This document shows positions 49,543-58,895 of a DNA stretch of 64,000 nucleotides, piece after piece. Every line of letters starts with the position of its first letter. The first letter of the stretch is position 1. The notes beneath the pieces are model-generated. The model did no database searches, was not told the DNA's origin, and was given only the letters and a program-made list of their open reading frames with translations. This stretch comes from Candidatus Sumerlaeia bacterium (GTDB lineage Bacteria > Sumerlaeota > Sumerlaeia > SLMS01 > JANRJK01). The translations under genes were made by a program, and so were the position numbers. The stretch spans positions 32,001 through 96,000 of the forward strand of contig JANRJK010000046.1 in assembly GCA_033764015.1 (NCBI GenBank), written 5' to 3'.

Positions 49543-50860
49543 TGACTCGCCTCCTGCGGGGTTCGATGACATGCTTGTCAACACCATGGAGGGCGGCCGC
49601 ATCACCCATCGCCAAGCGCAGGAGGCACTCGTCGCCCAAGATGATGCGCGCGTCGGTCTTCGTGGGCTTCCATCCCGATGCGATCATCACCCTCGCAGCC
49701 ACCGATCTGGCAAGCAGTGGAGGCACGGAATTACCCACCTGTCGGAAACCATGCCACTTGGTGGCGTGAAAGCGGAACCAATCCGGGTATGAATGGAGGC
49801 GTGCGGCCTCGCGAACAGTGATGCATCGCGGGGCCTCCGGGTGGATCGGTCTCGGGGACGTGAACGCTCCTCGATTGCTTGGCGTCCCAGCGCGCAGCGT
49901 GTTGCACAATCCCAATCGAGGCAAGCGGTAGAAGCGGGATACCGGTTCCGTGTCGCCACCGCGAGTGGCCGAGAATCTATTGATCGACAACTGGGTGTGG
50001 ACGGTCCTCATGCTGGAGGTCAGCAACGAAGGGTCGAAGGCGCGGATGATCGAGAAGTCCGTCGGATCGTTCCATGGATATCGAAGGGTGGCCGCATAGG
50101 GAGACGGTGTGCCCAAGCCCGCCACAACGCAATCCGACTCAAGCAATTCCTCGAACTGCTCAGGATCCGGCAAGTCACCGATCGCATCCCAAACCGTCGG
50201 GGTGGTGGGCAGGGCGAACAGATCGCCCCCTCCCGCCCCTGTTCTTCGTGACGGTGGCTGATGCGTTGGTTCTGGGTACTCCGGCGGCTCCAATCCTTTG
50301 CGGGTGCCAAGAAGAAAAAGGCGTCTCCGATCCTGAGGGACGCCGAAGTGGGCGGCGCACAATACTCGATACGGGGTGCGGACTGAATAGCCTATCTGCT
50401 CCAATGCCGAGATCACATCATCAAGGAAGGCACGGTGTTTCCCGACCGCCAACCCCGCGACGTTTTCCAGAACGAAGTAGCGGGGCTCGAGCTCCTGCAC
50501 CAACCTCACGAATTCGAGCATCAAGGAGTTGCGCGGATCGTCCATCATCCGCTTGCCGATCATGGAGAACCCTTGGCAAGGCGGCCCCCCGAACACGACG
50601 GCGACATCCCCGGGAACCGCCGCCCGTTGCCTGATCTCGGCCCCGGTCAAGTCTTGAGCGCGTGCGCAGATGGTCGCCCCCTGCGGGAAGTTGAACGCGT
50701 GGGTGGCGCAGTGGATCGGATCGATTTCGACCGCCGCGCGGACATCGAAACCGGCTTGCTCGAACCCGAGCGACATGCCGCCAGCCCCCGAGAATAGATC
50801 CACGGCGACCGGCCTCGCAGGCGTCGACTCAGGTATCGTCCCGTTCTTCGCGGCGCCCAT
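49535..50860 (-). CDS. DNA (cytosine-5)-methyltransferase
   Basis: DLFSGAGG (I), GGPPCQGFS (IV), ENV (VI), QDRRR (VIII), REAARL (IX), QVGNSVPP (X). Confidence 0.96.
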   Translation of the reverse strand: MGAAKNGTIPESTPARPVAVDLFSGAGGMSLGFEQAGFDVRAAVEIDPIHCATHAFNFPQGATICARAQDLTGAEIRQRAAVPGDVAVVFGGPPCQGFSMIGKRMMDDPRNSLMLEFVRLVQELEPRYFVLENVAGLAVGKHRAFLDDVISALEQIGYSVRTPYRVLCAAHFGVPQDRRRLFLLGTRKGLEPPEYPEPTHQPPSRRTGAGGGDLFALPTTPTVWDAIGDLPDPEQFEELLESDCVVAGLGTPSPYAATLRYPWNDPTDFSIIRAFDPSLLTSSMRTVHTQLSINRFSATRGGDTEPVSRFYRLPRLGLCNTLRAGTPSNRGAFTSPRPIHPEAPRCITVREAARLHSYPDWFRFHATKWHGFRQVGNSVPPLLARSVAARVMIASGWKPTKTDARIILGDECLLRLAMGDAAALHGVDKHVIEPRRRRVSA

Positions 50861-51028
50861 CCGTCGTCAGCTCCTCATCCAGCGTTAGCCAAGCATCGCC
50901 GCAGCCCTTCGCGCAAGCCCCGCAGACGCCGATTCTCTCGCCGCCTCGCGAAGCGCGGGAGCCCGCCCGCGCCGTTGGGAGGGTCCAGGTGCGTCAACCT
51001 CAGCGCCGCCCACAAATCCCCTTGCGCG

Positions 51029-51064
51029 GCGGGATAGTTTGTGAGTATTCACAAACTATCCCGC
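51029..51064. promoter_or_regulatory. 16-bp perfect inverted repeat (operator or hairpin) upstream of 51081
   Basis: GCGGGATAGTTTGTGA-gtat-TCACAAACTATCCCGC. Confidence 0.6.
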
Positions 51065-51080
51065 GCGAGGAGCGCCCGCC

Positions 51081-53798
51081 ATGCTTAACGCCAGCCACTC
51101 CCTCCGATCCCTCTCCGCCGCGGCGGCCGCCTTCGCCTTCATCGCGGCGTTCGCCGGAACCACCGCCGCCCACGGCGCCGAGCCGCCGGCCACGCATGTC
51201 TACCGCGTCGAACTGAACCGCCCGCTTTCGATCCCGTTCGGGACCCTCGCGGCTGGCCTGCACCGGCCCCTCGACTACGACGCGCCGGGCGAGGTGGTGC
51301 GCGCCTACGGGGGACTGGACGATAAGGGACAGCCGATCCAGGCCGACCGCGCCCTCTACCTCGCAACCACGGATTCGCTCACGACGACGACCGTGACGCT
51401 TCGCACGCGGAACGCGGGATCGCCGGGGTGGGATCGGTTCGACGAGGGCGAACTGACCGTTCGCGAGGTTGCGCCGGACGATCTCGACTATCTGCGCTCC
51501 GCTGCGCTCGAGGCCGTCGCGCGGCGCAACGCGGTCGAGGTGGGGCGCGCGCTCCTCGACGCCGAGCTGCAGGAGGCGGTGGCGAAGCTCCCCGCGGACG
51601 ATCCGGTGCGGAAGTCGGCGGCCGCTCCGCCCCCGTCCACGCTGCGCCGCGGCTTCGACAGCGCGAACACCATGGGCATGCTGAGCGGCGGCCGGGCGAT
51701 CCAGGAGAACCTCGCGCTCGAGATCGAGCTGCGCCCCGACACGTCCGCCGACCAGGCGACAATCCCCCTCGGGAACACACCGGGGCTCGAGATCGCCGCG
51801 ATCGACTGGGCGCCGTACCTCGCGGGCGTCGCGCCGCAGGATGCCGGCCCGCTGCCGATGCTTGTTCCGGAGGACAACGCGGCGCTCTTCGCGCCCTCCG
51901 TGGCAGCGCTCGCGCGCGTCGCCGAGCAGATCGAGCGCCTCGGCAATCCACTCGCGGACGCGGCGACGGAACGCTCGACGAACCAGCGCACCCGCGAGCG
52001 CATCGAGCGCCAGCTCCTGCTCCCGCTCGACACCGCCGCGCAGCTCCTCGGCGCGGCGCTCGTGGACGAGCTGGCGATCACGGCGGACGACCTCTACTTC
52101 GTGGACGGCACCGGGATCGCGGTGCTGTTCCGCTCGCGCCGGCCGGAGCAGCTCGCCGCCGCGATCCGCGCGCTGCACGCGGCGGAGCTGCGAACGAACC
52201 CCGACGCGCGCGCGTTCGAGGGCGAAACCGGCGGCCTGAGCCACAGCGGCGTGGCGACTCCCTCGCGCGGCGTGTGCAGCCACCTCGCGGTGCTGCCCGG
52301 GGGCGTGGTCGCGGTGGCGAACTCGGCGGCGCTGCTGGGCCGCGTCGCGGCGGTGTCGCGCGGCGAGCTGCCCGCGCTCGGCGCGCTGGACGAGTGGCGC
52401 TTCTTCCGCGACCGCTACCGCCCCGGCGCGGAGCACGAGGACGCCTTGGTGGTCCTGAGCGATCCCGCGATCCGCAAGTGGACCGGGCCTGAGTGGCGCA
52501 TCGGCCAAAGCCGCCGGCTCCGCGCCGCGGCGGGGCTGCTCCGCGTGGCGGGGATGGACCGCGAGGCGCGCCTCAACGCGGCCGCGGGCCCGCGCAGCTA
52601 TCCGACCGGCTGGGTGCTCACCGGGCCCACCACCGTCGTCGCCGACCGCGAGTCGCCCCGGCAGGAGGTCTACGGCTCCCTCGACTTCCTCACGCCGATC
52701 CAGGAACTCGGCATCACCCACGCCACGGTGGCCGAACTTGAGGAGTACCGCAGGTTCCGCGAAGGCTACCAGACGAAGTGGACGCGCTTCTTCGATCCCA
52801 TTGCGATCCAAGTCGATGCGAAGGAGGGCCTGTCGCTCGATACGACCGTGATGCCGCTGGTCGCGGGCACCGACTATGCCGAGTGGCGCAACGGCGCGTT
52901 CTACCTGACGCCGGGCTGCGTGCCGCCGACCTTGCCGGGCACGGCGCTGCGGTTCCAGTGGTGCTTCCACCCGCGAGACATCTTCGGCTGGCGCGAGTCC
53001 TGGGCCACCGCGTGGCTGGACGGCTGGGCGGATCTCACCCTGCTGGATGATCCGGTGCTGGAGGAGATGCCGCTCGCGGGTGGCGACGACCTCTACCCTT
53101 GGCTCATGAGCAACCACTGGCGCCTGCCGCTCATCACCCGCATCGGCAGCCGCAACCAGATCCTCCTCGGATCGATCCTGACCGCCTTCCGGCTTGAGGG
53201 CGTGAGGGCGATGAACAACTCGATCGCCTTTGAGACCATCACGCATGCGAACAGCGCCTACAGCAGAGTTGTGAGCCGCGGGGGGGCCCCCGGCGACCCG
53301 TCGTTCCAGTACGCCACCGACAACTCGATGCTGACGCTCAGCCTGAAGGAAGAGGCGCTGCGGGAGCTGATGGAGAACAACTGGGGCGCCGGAGTCAGGA
53401 CGCCCGAGCCCCTCGGCGAGCACGTCGCGCTCTTCGTCGAGCCTAAGATGATGCCGTTCCTGCGCTCGTTGGACTTCGGCGATTACGACCGCGCGGCCCG
53501 CACCGCGTCCTTCGCCAACATCCCGGTGCTGAACCGCTGGCGGCAGCTTTACCCGGACCGCGACCCGGTCGAGTGCCACCGCATTGTGTTCGGCACCGTC
53601 CTCGAGTGCCCCGGCGGGCAGGGCTACCGTTGGAACGAGATGCAGCGCACCATGGAGTCGGTCGTCTTCGGCTCGCCGAACCAGATGGTCGAGGAGGCCA
53701 CCGTGCCGTGGCCGCGGACGGGCCGTGTCGAGGCGGGCCTCACCTTCGAGCCGGACGGCCTCCGCGCGCGGGTCCGCATCGCGGACCCGCCGCGCTGA
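51081..53798 (+). CDS. large exported hypothetical protein
   Basis: GAGGAG RBS, signal peptide ending AHG/A; 905 aa with typical codon usage. Confidence 0.8.
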   Translation: MLNASHSLRSLSAAAAAFAFIAAFAGTTAAHGAEPPATHVYRVELNRPLSIPFGTLAAGLHRPLDYDAPGEVVRAYGGLDDKGQPIQADRALYLATTDSLTTTTVTLRTRNAGSPGWDRFDEGELTVREVAPDDLDYLRSAALEAVARRNAVEVGRALLDAELQEAVAKLPADDPVRKSAAAPPPSTLRRGFDSANTMGMLSGGRAIQENLALEIELRPDTSADQATIPLGNTPGLEIAAIDWAPYLAGVAPQDAGPLPMLVPEDNAALFAPSVAALARVAEQIERLGNPLADAATERSTNQRTRERIERQLLLPLDTAAQLLGAALVDELAITADDLYFVDGTGIAVLFRSRRPEQLAAAIRALHAAELRTNPDARAFEGETGGLSHSGVATPSRGVCSHLAVLPGGVVAVANSAALLGRVAAVSRGELPALGALDEWRFFRDRYRPGAEHEDALVVLSDPAIRKWTGPEWRIGQSRRLRAAAGLLRVAGMDREARLNAAAGPRSYPTGWVLTGPTTVVADRESPRQEVYGSLDFLTPIQELGITHATVAELEEYRRFREGYQTKWTRFFDPIAIQVDAKEGLSLDTTVMPLVAGTDYAEWRNGAFYLTPGCVPPTLPGTALRFQWCFHPRDIFGWRESWATAWLDGWADLTLLDDPVLEEMPLAGGDDLYPWLMSNHWRLPLITRIGSRNQILLGSILTAFRLEGVRAMNNSIAFETITHANSAYSRVVSRGGAPGDPSFQYATDNSMLTLSLKEEALRELMENNWGAGVRTPEPLGEHVALFVEPKMMPFLRSLDFGDYDRAARTASFANIPVLNRWRQLYPDRDPVECHRIVFGTVLECPGGQGYRWNEMQRTMESVVFGSPNQMVEEATVPWPRTGRVEAGLTFEPDGLRARVRIADPPR

Positions 53799-53817
53799 GG
53801 GGGGGACGTCGAACCCC

Positions 53818-53845
53818 GCTGCGGCCCGGTCAACCGGGCCGCAGC
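53818..53845. terminator. hairpin between convergent genes
   Basis: GCTGCGGCCCGG-tcaa-CCGGGCCGCAGC. Confidence 0.5.
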
Positions 53846-54015
53846 ACCACGCGCCGCGCGCGGATCACCGCGCGCCAGTGCTCCGGCGTCTCGTCCCACA
53901 CGTGGACCTGCACCTTGAACGGGATGTTGCTTTCTTCGAGCGCGGCGCGCTCATGGTTAGCGATCTGTTCCGCCAGATGGTCGAGGGCGGCCTTGAGCTT
54001 GGAGTAGTCGGTCAT
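53830..54015 (-). CDS. small hypothetical protein (61 aa)
   Basis: MTDYSKLKAALDHLAEQIANHE...; high-GC3 codon usage. Confidence 0.55.
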   Translation of the reverse strand: MTDYSKLKAALDHLAEQIANHERAALEESNIPFKVQVHVWDETPEHWRAVIRARRVVLRPG

Positions 54016-54070
54016 GGGGAGGGCCCCCCGTGTTGGAAGGCAACACCACCTCCCCATCCGCAAGAGCGAC

Positions 54071-54098
54071 GGGGGCGCGCCGTTGCCGGCGCGCCCCC
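54071..54098 (-). terminator. hairpin downstream of the RND permease
   Basis: 12-bp perfect stem GGGGGCGCGCCG with GCAA tetraloop on the minus strand; no clear U-tract. Confidence 0.45.
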
Positions 54099-54142
54099 GC
54101 GGGTAGCGCTTGCTCTGGCCTGCGGCGCGGTGCCGCGGCGGG

Positions 54143-57100
54143 TCAGCCCTCTTCCAGCTTCGTCACCACGGTCGAAGCGCGCTGGCCGAGCCTCGAGTCG
54201 GCGAACTTCTCGGCGGCGTCCTGGAGCAGCGTCATCACCGAGGGGATGAAGAACAGCGTGGTGATCGTGCCGAGGAGCAGGCCGCCGAACATCACGATGC
54301 CGAGGCCGCGGTACAGTTCCGAGCCGGCGCCGGGGATCAGCACCAGCGGAGCCAAGCCGAGGATCGTGGTGCCCGTCGTCATCAGGATCGGGCGCACTCG
54401 CGAGAGCGTCGCCTTCACCGCCGCGTCGTGCCGGTCCATTCCTTGCCGCTCGAAGTTGAGCGTCTGCTCCACCACGAGGATCGGGTTGTTCACAACGCTA
54501 CCCAGAAGGATGAAGAAGCCGAGCATCGTGAGCACGTCGAGCGACTGGATCTGGCCCGGCTGGACGACCGCCAGGTAGAGGTTGATGAACTTCAGCCCGA
54601 TCACGCCGCCCGACATGCCGACGGGGATCGAGAGCAGGATCGTGAACGGGTGGCCCCAGTGGTGGAAGATCAGCACCATCACCATATACACCAGCGCCAG
54701 CGCCAGGAAGATGTCTCCCGACAGCGCGTCGCGGATCGCCGTCAGCTTGTCGGAGGAGCCGCCGATGCGCAGCTCGACGCCGGGGGGCACCAAGCCCTCC
54801 TCGAACATCTTGCCGACGATCTCGTTGCGGATCGCGTCGATGCCTTCCTCGAGCGATTTCTCCTGCGGCGGTGCGATGCCGAGGGTCACGGCGCGCTGCT
54901 GGTCCACACGGCGGATCGCCTCCGGCACGAAGTCGAACCCGAACGTCGCCACGTCCGCGATCGGCACCGTCGAGCCGGTGTCGGTCGCGATCCGCAGCGC
55001 GTCGAAGTTCGTCAGCGTGTCCAGCGCGCCGAGCGTCGAGTACATATAGATGTCGTACTTGCGGCCGTCCTCGTAGTAGTCGTCCACGTAGGCGCCGTCG
55101 CCGAGGACCCACGCTCCGTAGCCGATGCTCGATGAGCTGACGCCCGACTCCGCCGCGCGGAGCCAGTTCGGCCGGATCGTGAGCTGCGGCTGGCCGATTT
55201 CGATGCCGGGCTGCGGACGCGGCGGCTCGCCGAACAGCATCATCGTCTTCACGAACGCCTGCGCCGCCACCCCGGTGATCATCGGGTAGTCGGTGCCGAT
55301 GATGTCCAGGTCCACGCCGCGGGATCCGAGCAGGTCCGACTCGAAGATCGACACCTGCTGGGCGAACCCGAACATGCCGGGCACCTGGTTGAAGTAGCGC
55401 GTCAGCAGGTCGGGCACCAGCGCGGAGTGCGACGGGTCCTGAGCCCGCGAGAAGATGAAGATGTTCGCGCCGAAGCCGACGAAGAAGAAGTCCTTGATCG
55501 GCGGGCCGTCCAGCTCGCCGGCCTCGAACTGCTCCGGCGTGCCCTCCACGTAGGGGCGGATCCGGCTCTCGAGCTCCGCGCCGACCGCCGACAGCTCGTC
55601 GATGTTGTAGCCCTGCGGCGGGATCATCAGGCCGAAAACCGTGTTCTGGTTGCCGTCCGGCAGGTACTCCGTCTTCGGCATGAAGACGAAGATGAGGAGG
55701 ATCGACAGCCCGAGCACGCCGCCGACGACCGCGAGGCGGCGCGCCGTGCTGCGCATCAGGTAGGTCAGCAGCCGCTCCAGCATCCGGAGCCATCCGCCCG
55801 CGAGGTGCGCGAGCCCGAACAGGTTGTAGGCGTTCCGCCGCAGGCCGGCGTGCTTCGGTTCCTCCGGCAGCTTGTGCAGCAGGTGGTACGCGAGGCACGG
55901 CACCACCAGCACCGCGACGAGCAGCGCCAGCAGGTTCGTCGCGGTGATCGCGATGGCGATGTCCTTGAAGAGCTGCCCCGCCTGCTCCTTCAGCGTGATG
56001 ATCGGCAGGAACACGATCACGTTCGTCAGCGTGCCGGACAGCAGCGCCGACCAGACCTCCTCGATGCCGTCCTCCGCCGCCTTATAGGGGCCCTTCCCCA
56101 TCTCTCGATGCCGGAAGATGTTCTCCAGAACCACGATCGAGCAGTCGAGCACCGAACCCACGGAGAACGCCAGGCCGGCGAGCGAGATCACGTTGATCGT
56201 CCTCCCCAGCGCGTTGATCATGAAGAGGCTTCCCGCGATGCACAGCGGCACCGCGACGCCCACGATCGCCGTGCTGCGCAGGTGCCGCAGGAACATCATC
56301 AGCACCACCAGCGACAGCGCGCCGCCGCTGAACAGGTTCGAATACACCATCTCGGTGGCTTCCCGCACGTACTCGGTGTCGTCGGTGACCTGCGTGATGC
56401 GCAGGTTCCGCGGCGCGAGCATCTCGTTCTCCACCTCGATGGCGACGCGCTTCACCTCGTCCATGACCACGAGCAGGTTGGTGCCGGGCTCGTGGCGGAC
56501 GCCCATGGCGAGCGCGGGGCGACCGTTGTGGCGGATCAGCGAGCGCTGCTTCGCCGTGCCGAGCGCCGCGTAGCCGACATCGCGGATGTACACCGCCACC
56601 CCGTCGCGCACCGTGATGATCGTGTTCTCGAGGTCCTGCGGCGTGCGGACGCGCCCCAGCGTCCGCACGTTGTAGCGCCGCTTCCCCTCGTACAGGTCGC
56701 CGCCGGAGACGTCGCGGTTGTTCAAGCGCACCGCCTCGCGCACCTGGTAGATCGTGATGCCGCGCTCCGCCAGTTTCGTCGGGTCGATGAAGAGCTGCAT
56801 CTCCTTCGGCGAGCCGCCGTAGACGCCCTGGATGGAGGCGACCCCGGGAATGCGCTCGAAGCGCGGCTTGACGAAGTCCTCGACGTAGTTGAACTGCGCC
56901 TGGATGTCGACCTGCGCTTCCATGCCCTCCGCGGCGCGGATGCTGAACCAGCCCACCGGCTGGTCCGCGGAGGAAGTGGTCGAGATCGCCGGCTGGTCCA
57001 CGTTCTCCGGGTACGAAGCCACCTGCGCCAGCGCGTTGTTCACGCGCACCAGATTCTCCGACTGGTCGGAGCCGACGCTGAACTCGAGGATGATTTCGCC

Positions 57101-57358
57101 CTGCCCGAAGGTGGCGTTGCTCGTCATCTTCTTCAGGCCGGGGACCGAGCGGAGGAAGCGCTCCTGCTCGATCAGGATGTCCTGCTCCACATCCTCCGGC
57201 GAGGCGCCGGGGAAGATCGTGGAGACGGTGATCGCCGGTTCGCGCACGTTCGGCGTGAGCTGGACCGGGATGCTGAAGAGCGCCAGCACGCCGAACAGCA
57301 TGATCGTGATGCAGAGCACCGCCACGGCGATGCCGTTGTTCAGGAAGTAGCGGATCAA
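54143..57358 (-). CDS. RND efflux permease (AcrB/AcrD/AcrF family)
   Basis: 1071 aa; FPGASPEDVEQ, INVISLAGL, IVVLENIFRH, RVRPILMTT; TTG start with GGAGGG RBS. Confidence 0.95.
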   Translation of the reverse strand: MIRYFLNNGIAVAVLCITIMLFGVLALFSIPVQLTPNVREPAITVSTIFPGASPEDVEQDILIEQERFLRSVPGLKKMTSNATFGQGEIILEFSVGSDQSENLVRVNNALAQVASYPENVDQPAISTTSSADQPVGWFSIRAAEGMEAQVDIQAQFNYVEDFVKPRFERIPGVASIQGVYGGSPKEMQLFIDPTKLAERGITIYQVREAVRLNNRDVSGGDLYEGKRRYNVRTLGRVRTPQDLENTIITVRDGVAVYIRDVGYAALGTAKQRSLIRHNGRPALAMGVRHEPGTNLLVVMDEVKRVAIEVENEMLAPRNLRITQVTDDTEYVREATEMVYSNLFSGGALSLVVLMMFLRHLRSTAIVGVAVPLCIAGSLFMINALGRTINVISLAGLAFSVGSVLDCSIVVLENIFRHREMGKGPYKAAEDGIEEVWSALLSGTLTNVIVFLPIITLKEQAGQLFKDIAIAITATNLLALLVAVLVVPCLAYHLLHKLPEEPKHAGLRRNAYNLFGLAHLAGGWLRMLERLLTYLMRSTARRLAVVGGVLGLSILLIFVFMPKTEYLPDGNQNTVFGLMIPPQGYNIDELSAVGAELESRIRPYVEGTPEQFEAGELDGPPIKDFFFVGFGANIFIFSRAQDPSHSALVPDLLTRYFNQVPGMFGFAQQVSIFESDLLGSRGVDLDIIGTDYPMITGVAAQAFVKTMMLFGEPPRPQPGIEIGQPQLTIRPNWLRAAESGVSSSSIGYGAWVLGDGAYVDDYYEDGRKYDIYMYSTLGALDTLTNFDALRIATDTGSTVPIADVATFGFDFVPEAIRRVDQQRAVTLGIAPPQEKSLEEGIDAIRNEIVGKMFEEGLVPPGVELRIGGSSDKLTAIRDALSGDIFLALALVYMVMVLIFHHWGHPFTILLSIPVGMSGGVIGLKFINLYLAVVQPGQIQSLDVLTMLGFFILLGSVVNNPILVVEQTLNFERQGMDRHDAAVKATLSRVRPILMTTGTTILGLAPLVLIPGAGSELYRGLGIVMFGGLLLGTITTLFFIPSVMTLLQDAAEKFADSRLGQRASTVVTKLEEG

Positions 57359-57389
57359 GTGGGCGTCCCTCCGGGTTGCGCGGGGAGCG

Positions 57390-58724
57390 TCATTCGACGC
57401 GGTTCGATTCGTCGAAGAATCCGGTCGGGTCCACGCGGTCCGCGCTGTTCAGGGCGTCGGTCACGAACTGGTTTGTCAGCAGGGGCTGGCCCGGGCGCAG
57501 GCGCTCGTTGCCGCGGATCACCACCTCGTCGCCGGCCTTCAGAGGGCCGAACACCTCGACCGACTGGCCGAAGAAGCGCCCCGTCGTCACCGGCAGCATC
57601 TCCGCCACCACGCCTCCTTCCGTGCGCACCGCCTTAAAGACGAACAGCGCCGGGCCCTGCGGCACCAGCGCGTCGCGCAGCACAAGCACGGACTTCTCGT
57701 CCGCCGACGGCGCGTCGAGCTCGATGCGCGCCAGCATTCCCGAAGCGACGCGGCGCCCCGGGTTCGGCATCTCGAGGAAGATCTGGAACGCGCGGTTCTG
57801 CCGGTCCGCCCGCGGCACCTTCTGGTGCACCCGCGCCGTGAACGGCTCGTTCGGGAAGGCGTCGATGGCGACTTGGAACGTGTCGCCCACCTCGATCAGC
57901 GAGAAGTAACGCTCCGGCACCTCGACGGCGACCTTCAGGTGGTCCATGTACTCGAAGTCGTAGAGCCGCGTGCCGCGGTCGAGGAAGCTGCCGAGGGAGA
58001 TGTACTTGTTCGTGATCGCGCCGGCGAAGGGCGCGCGCACCGTCGAGCGCTCCAGCGAGTCGGCGGCGAGCCCGGCGAGCGCCTCGGAGGCCTCCGCCTG
58101 CGCCTTCGCCGCGGCCACCACTTCCGCGCGCGAGCCCCGCTCGGCGATGTCCAGCCGCGCCTTCAGCACGCGCTCGTTCGCCTGCGCCGTCACATACGCG
58201 CGCCGCACCCGGTCGTACTCGCTCTGGCTCGTGTTGCCGTCGCGGAGGAGCTGCTCGTAGCGCTCGAAGTCCGCCTTGGCGATCTCCGCGTTGGTCTTCC
58301 CCTCTTCGTGGTTCGCGCGGGCGATTTCGAGATCCTCCGCGCGCGTCCCGTTGGCCAGTTCCAGATAGCGCTGGCGGTCCGCGTCGGCCTGCGCGCGGGC
58401 CTGCGCCAGACGCAGTTGGAACGGCTCCGGCCGCATCCGCAGCAGCGCGGTCCCGGTCGTCACGTAGTCGCCCTCGAGCGCGAGGATCTCCGACACCACG
58501 CCCTCCTCTTCGGAGGCAATGGCGGTACGAACGAAGCCCTCGACGGACCCGGTGAGCTTGATGGGCTGCGTGATCGAGCCGAGCTCGACACGCGCCGTCA
58601 CCACGGATGCCGGAGGTCCGGCGGGAGCCGAACTTTCGTCTGGCTGGGCCGGAATCACACTAACCCAGAGGCCGAGGGCCAGTGCCACTGCGGAGGCGCC
58701 GGAAAGCACGCGGGAGCTTTTCAT
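57390..58724 (-). CDS. RND periplasmic adaptor (membrane fusion protein)
   Basis: Lipoyl half-motifs EGDYV and VRAPFAG, coiled coil, GMLARI, LKAGDEVVIRG. Confidence 0.9.
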   Translation of the reverse strand: MKSSRVLSGASAVALALGLWVSVIPAQPDESSAPAGPPASVVTARVELGSITQPIKLTGSVEGFVRTAIASEEEGVVSEILALEGDYVTTGTALLRMRPEPFQLRLAQARAQADADRQRYLELANGTRAEDLEIARANHEEGKTNAEIAKADFERYEQLLRDGNTSQSEYDRVRRAYVTAQANERVLKARLDIAERGSRAEVVAAAKAQAEASEALAGLAADSLERSTVRAPFAGAITNKYISLGSFLDRGTRLYDFEYMDHLKVAVEVPERYFSLIEVGDTFQVAIDAFPNEPFTARVHQKVPRADRQNRAFQIFLEMPNPGRRVASGMLARIELDAPSADEKSVLVLRDALVPQGPALFVFKAVRTEGGVVAEMLPVTTGRFFGQSVEVFGPLKAGDEVVIRGNERLRPGQPLLTNQFVTDALNSADRVDPTGFFDESNRVE

Positions 58725-58895
58725 AGAGTGTTTGTTCTGTTGAGGTTGAGATTCCGCTGGGGGGAGGGCGAAGACTCCCTCCGGAGCCTTCAACGGGCGG
58801 TTCCGCTTGAATTCCGATAATTATGAGAGCAAGTCCGGTTCCCGAACGGGACACCCGGTATCGTGTACGTCTCGGCTCGCGCGGACTTCACCGCG

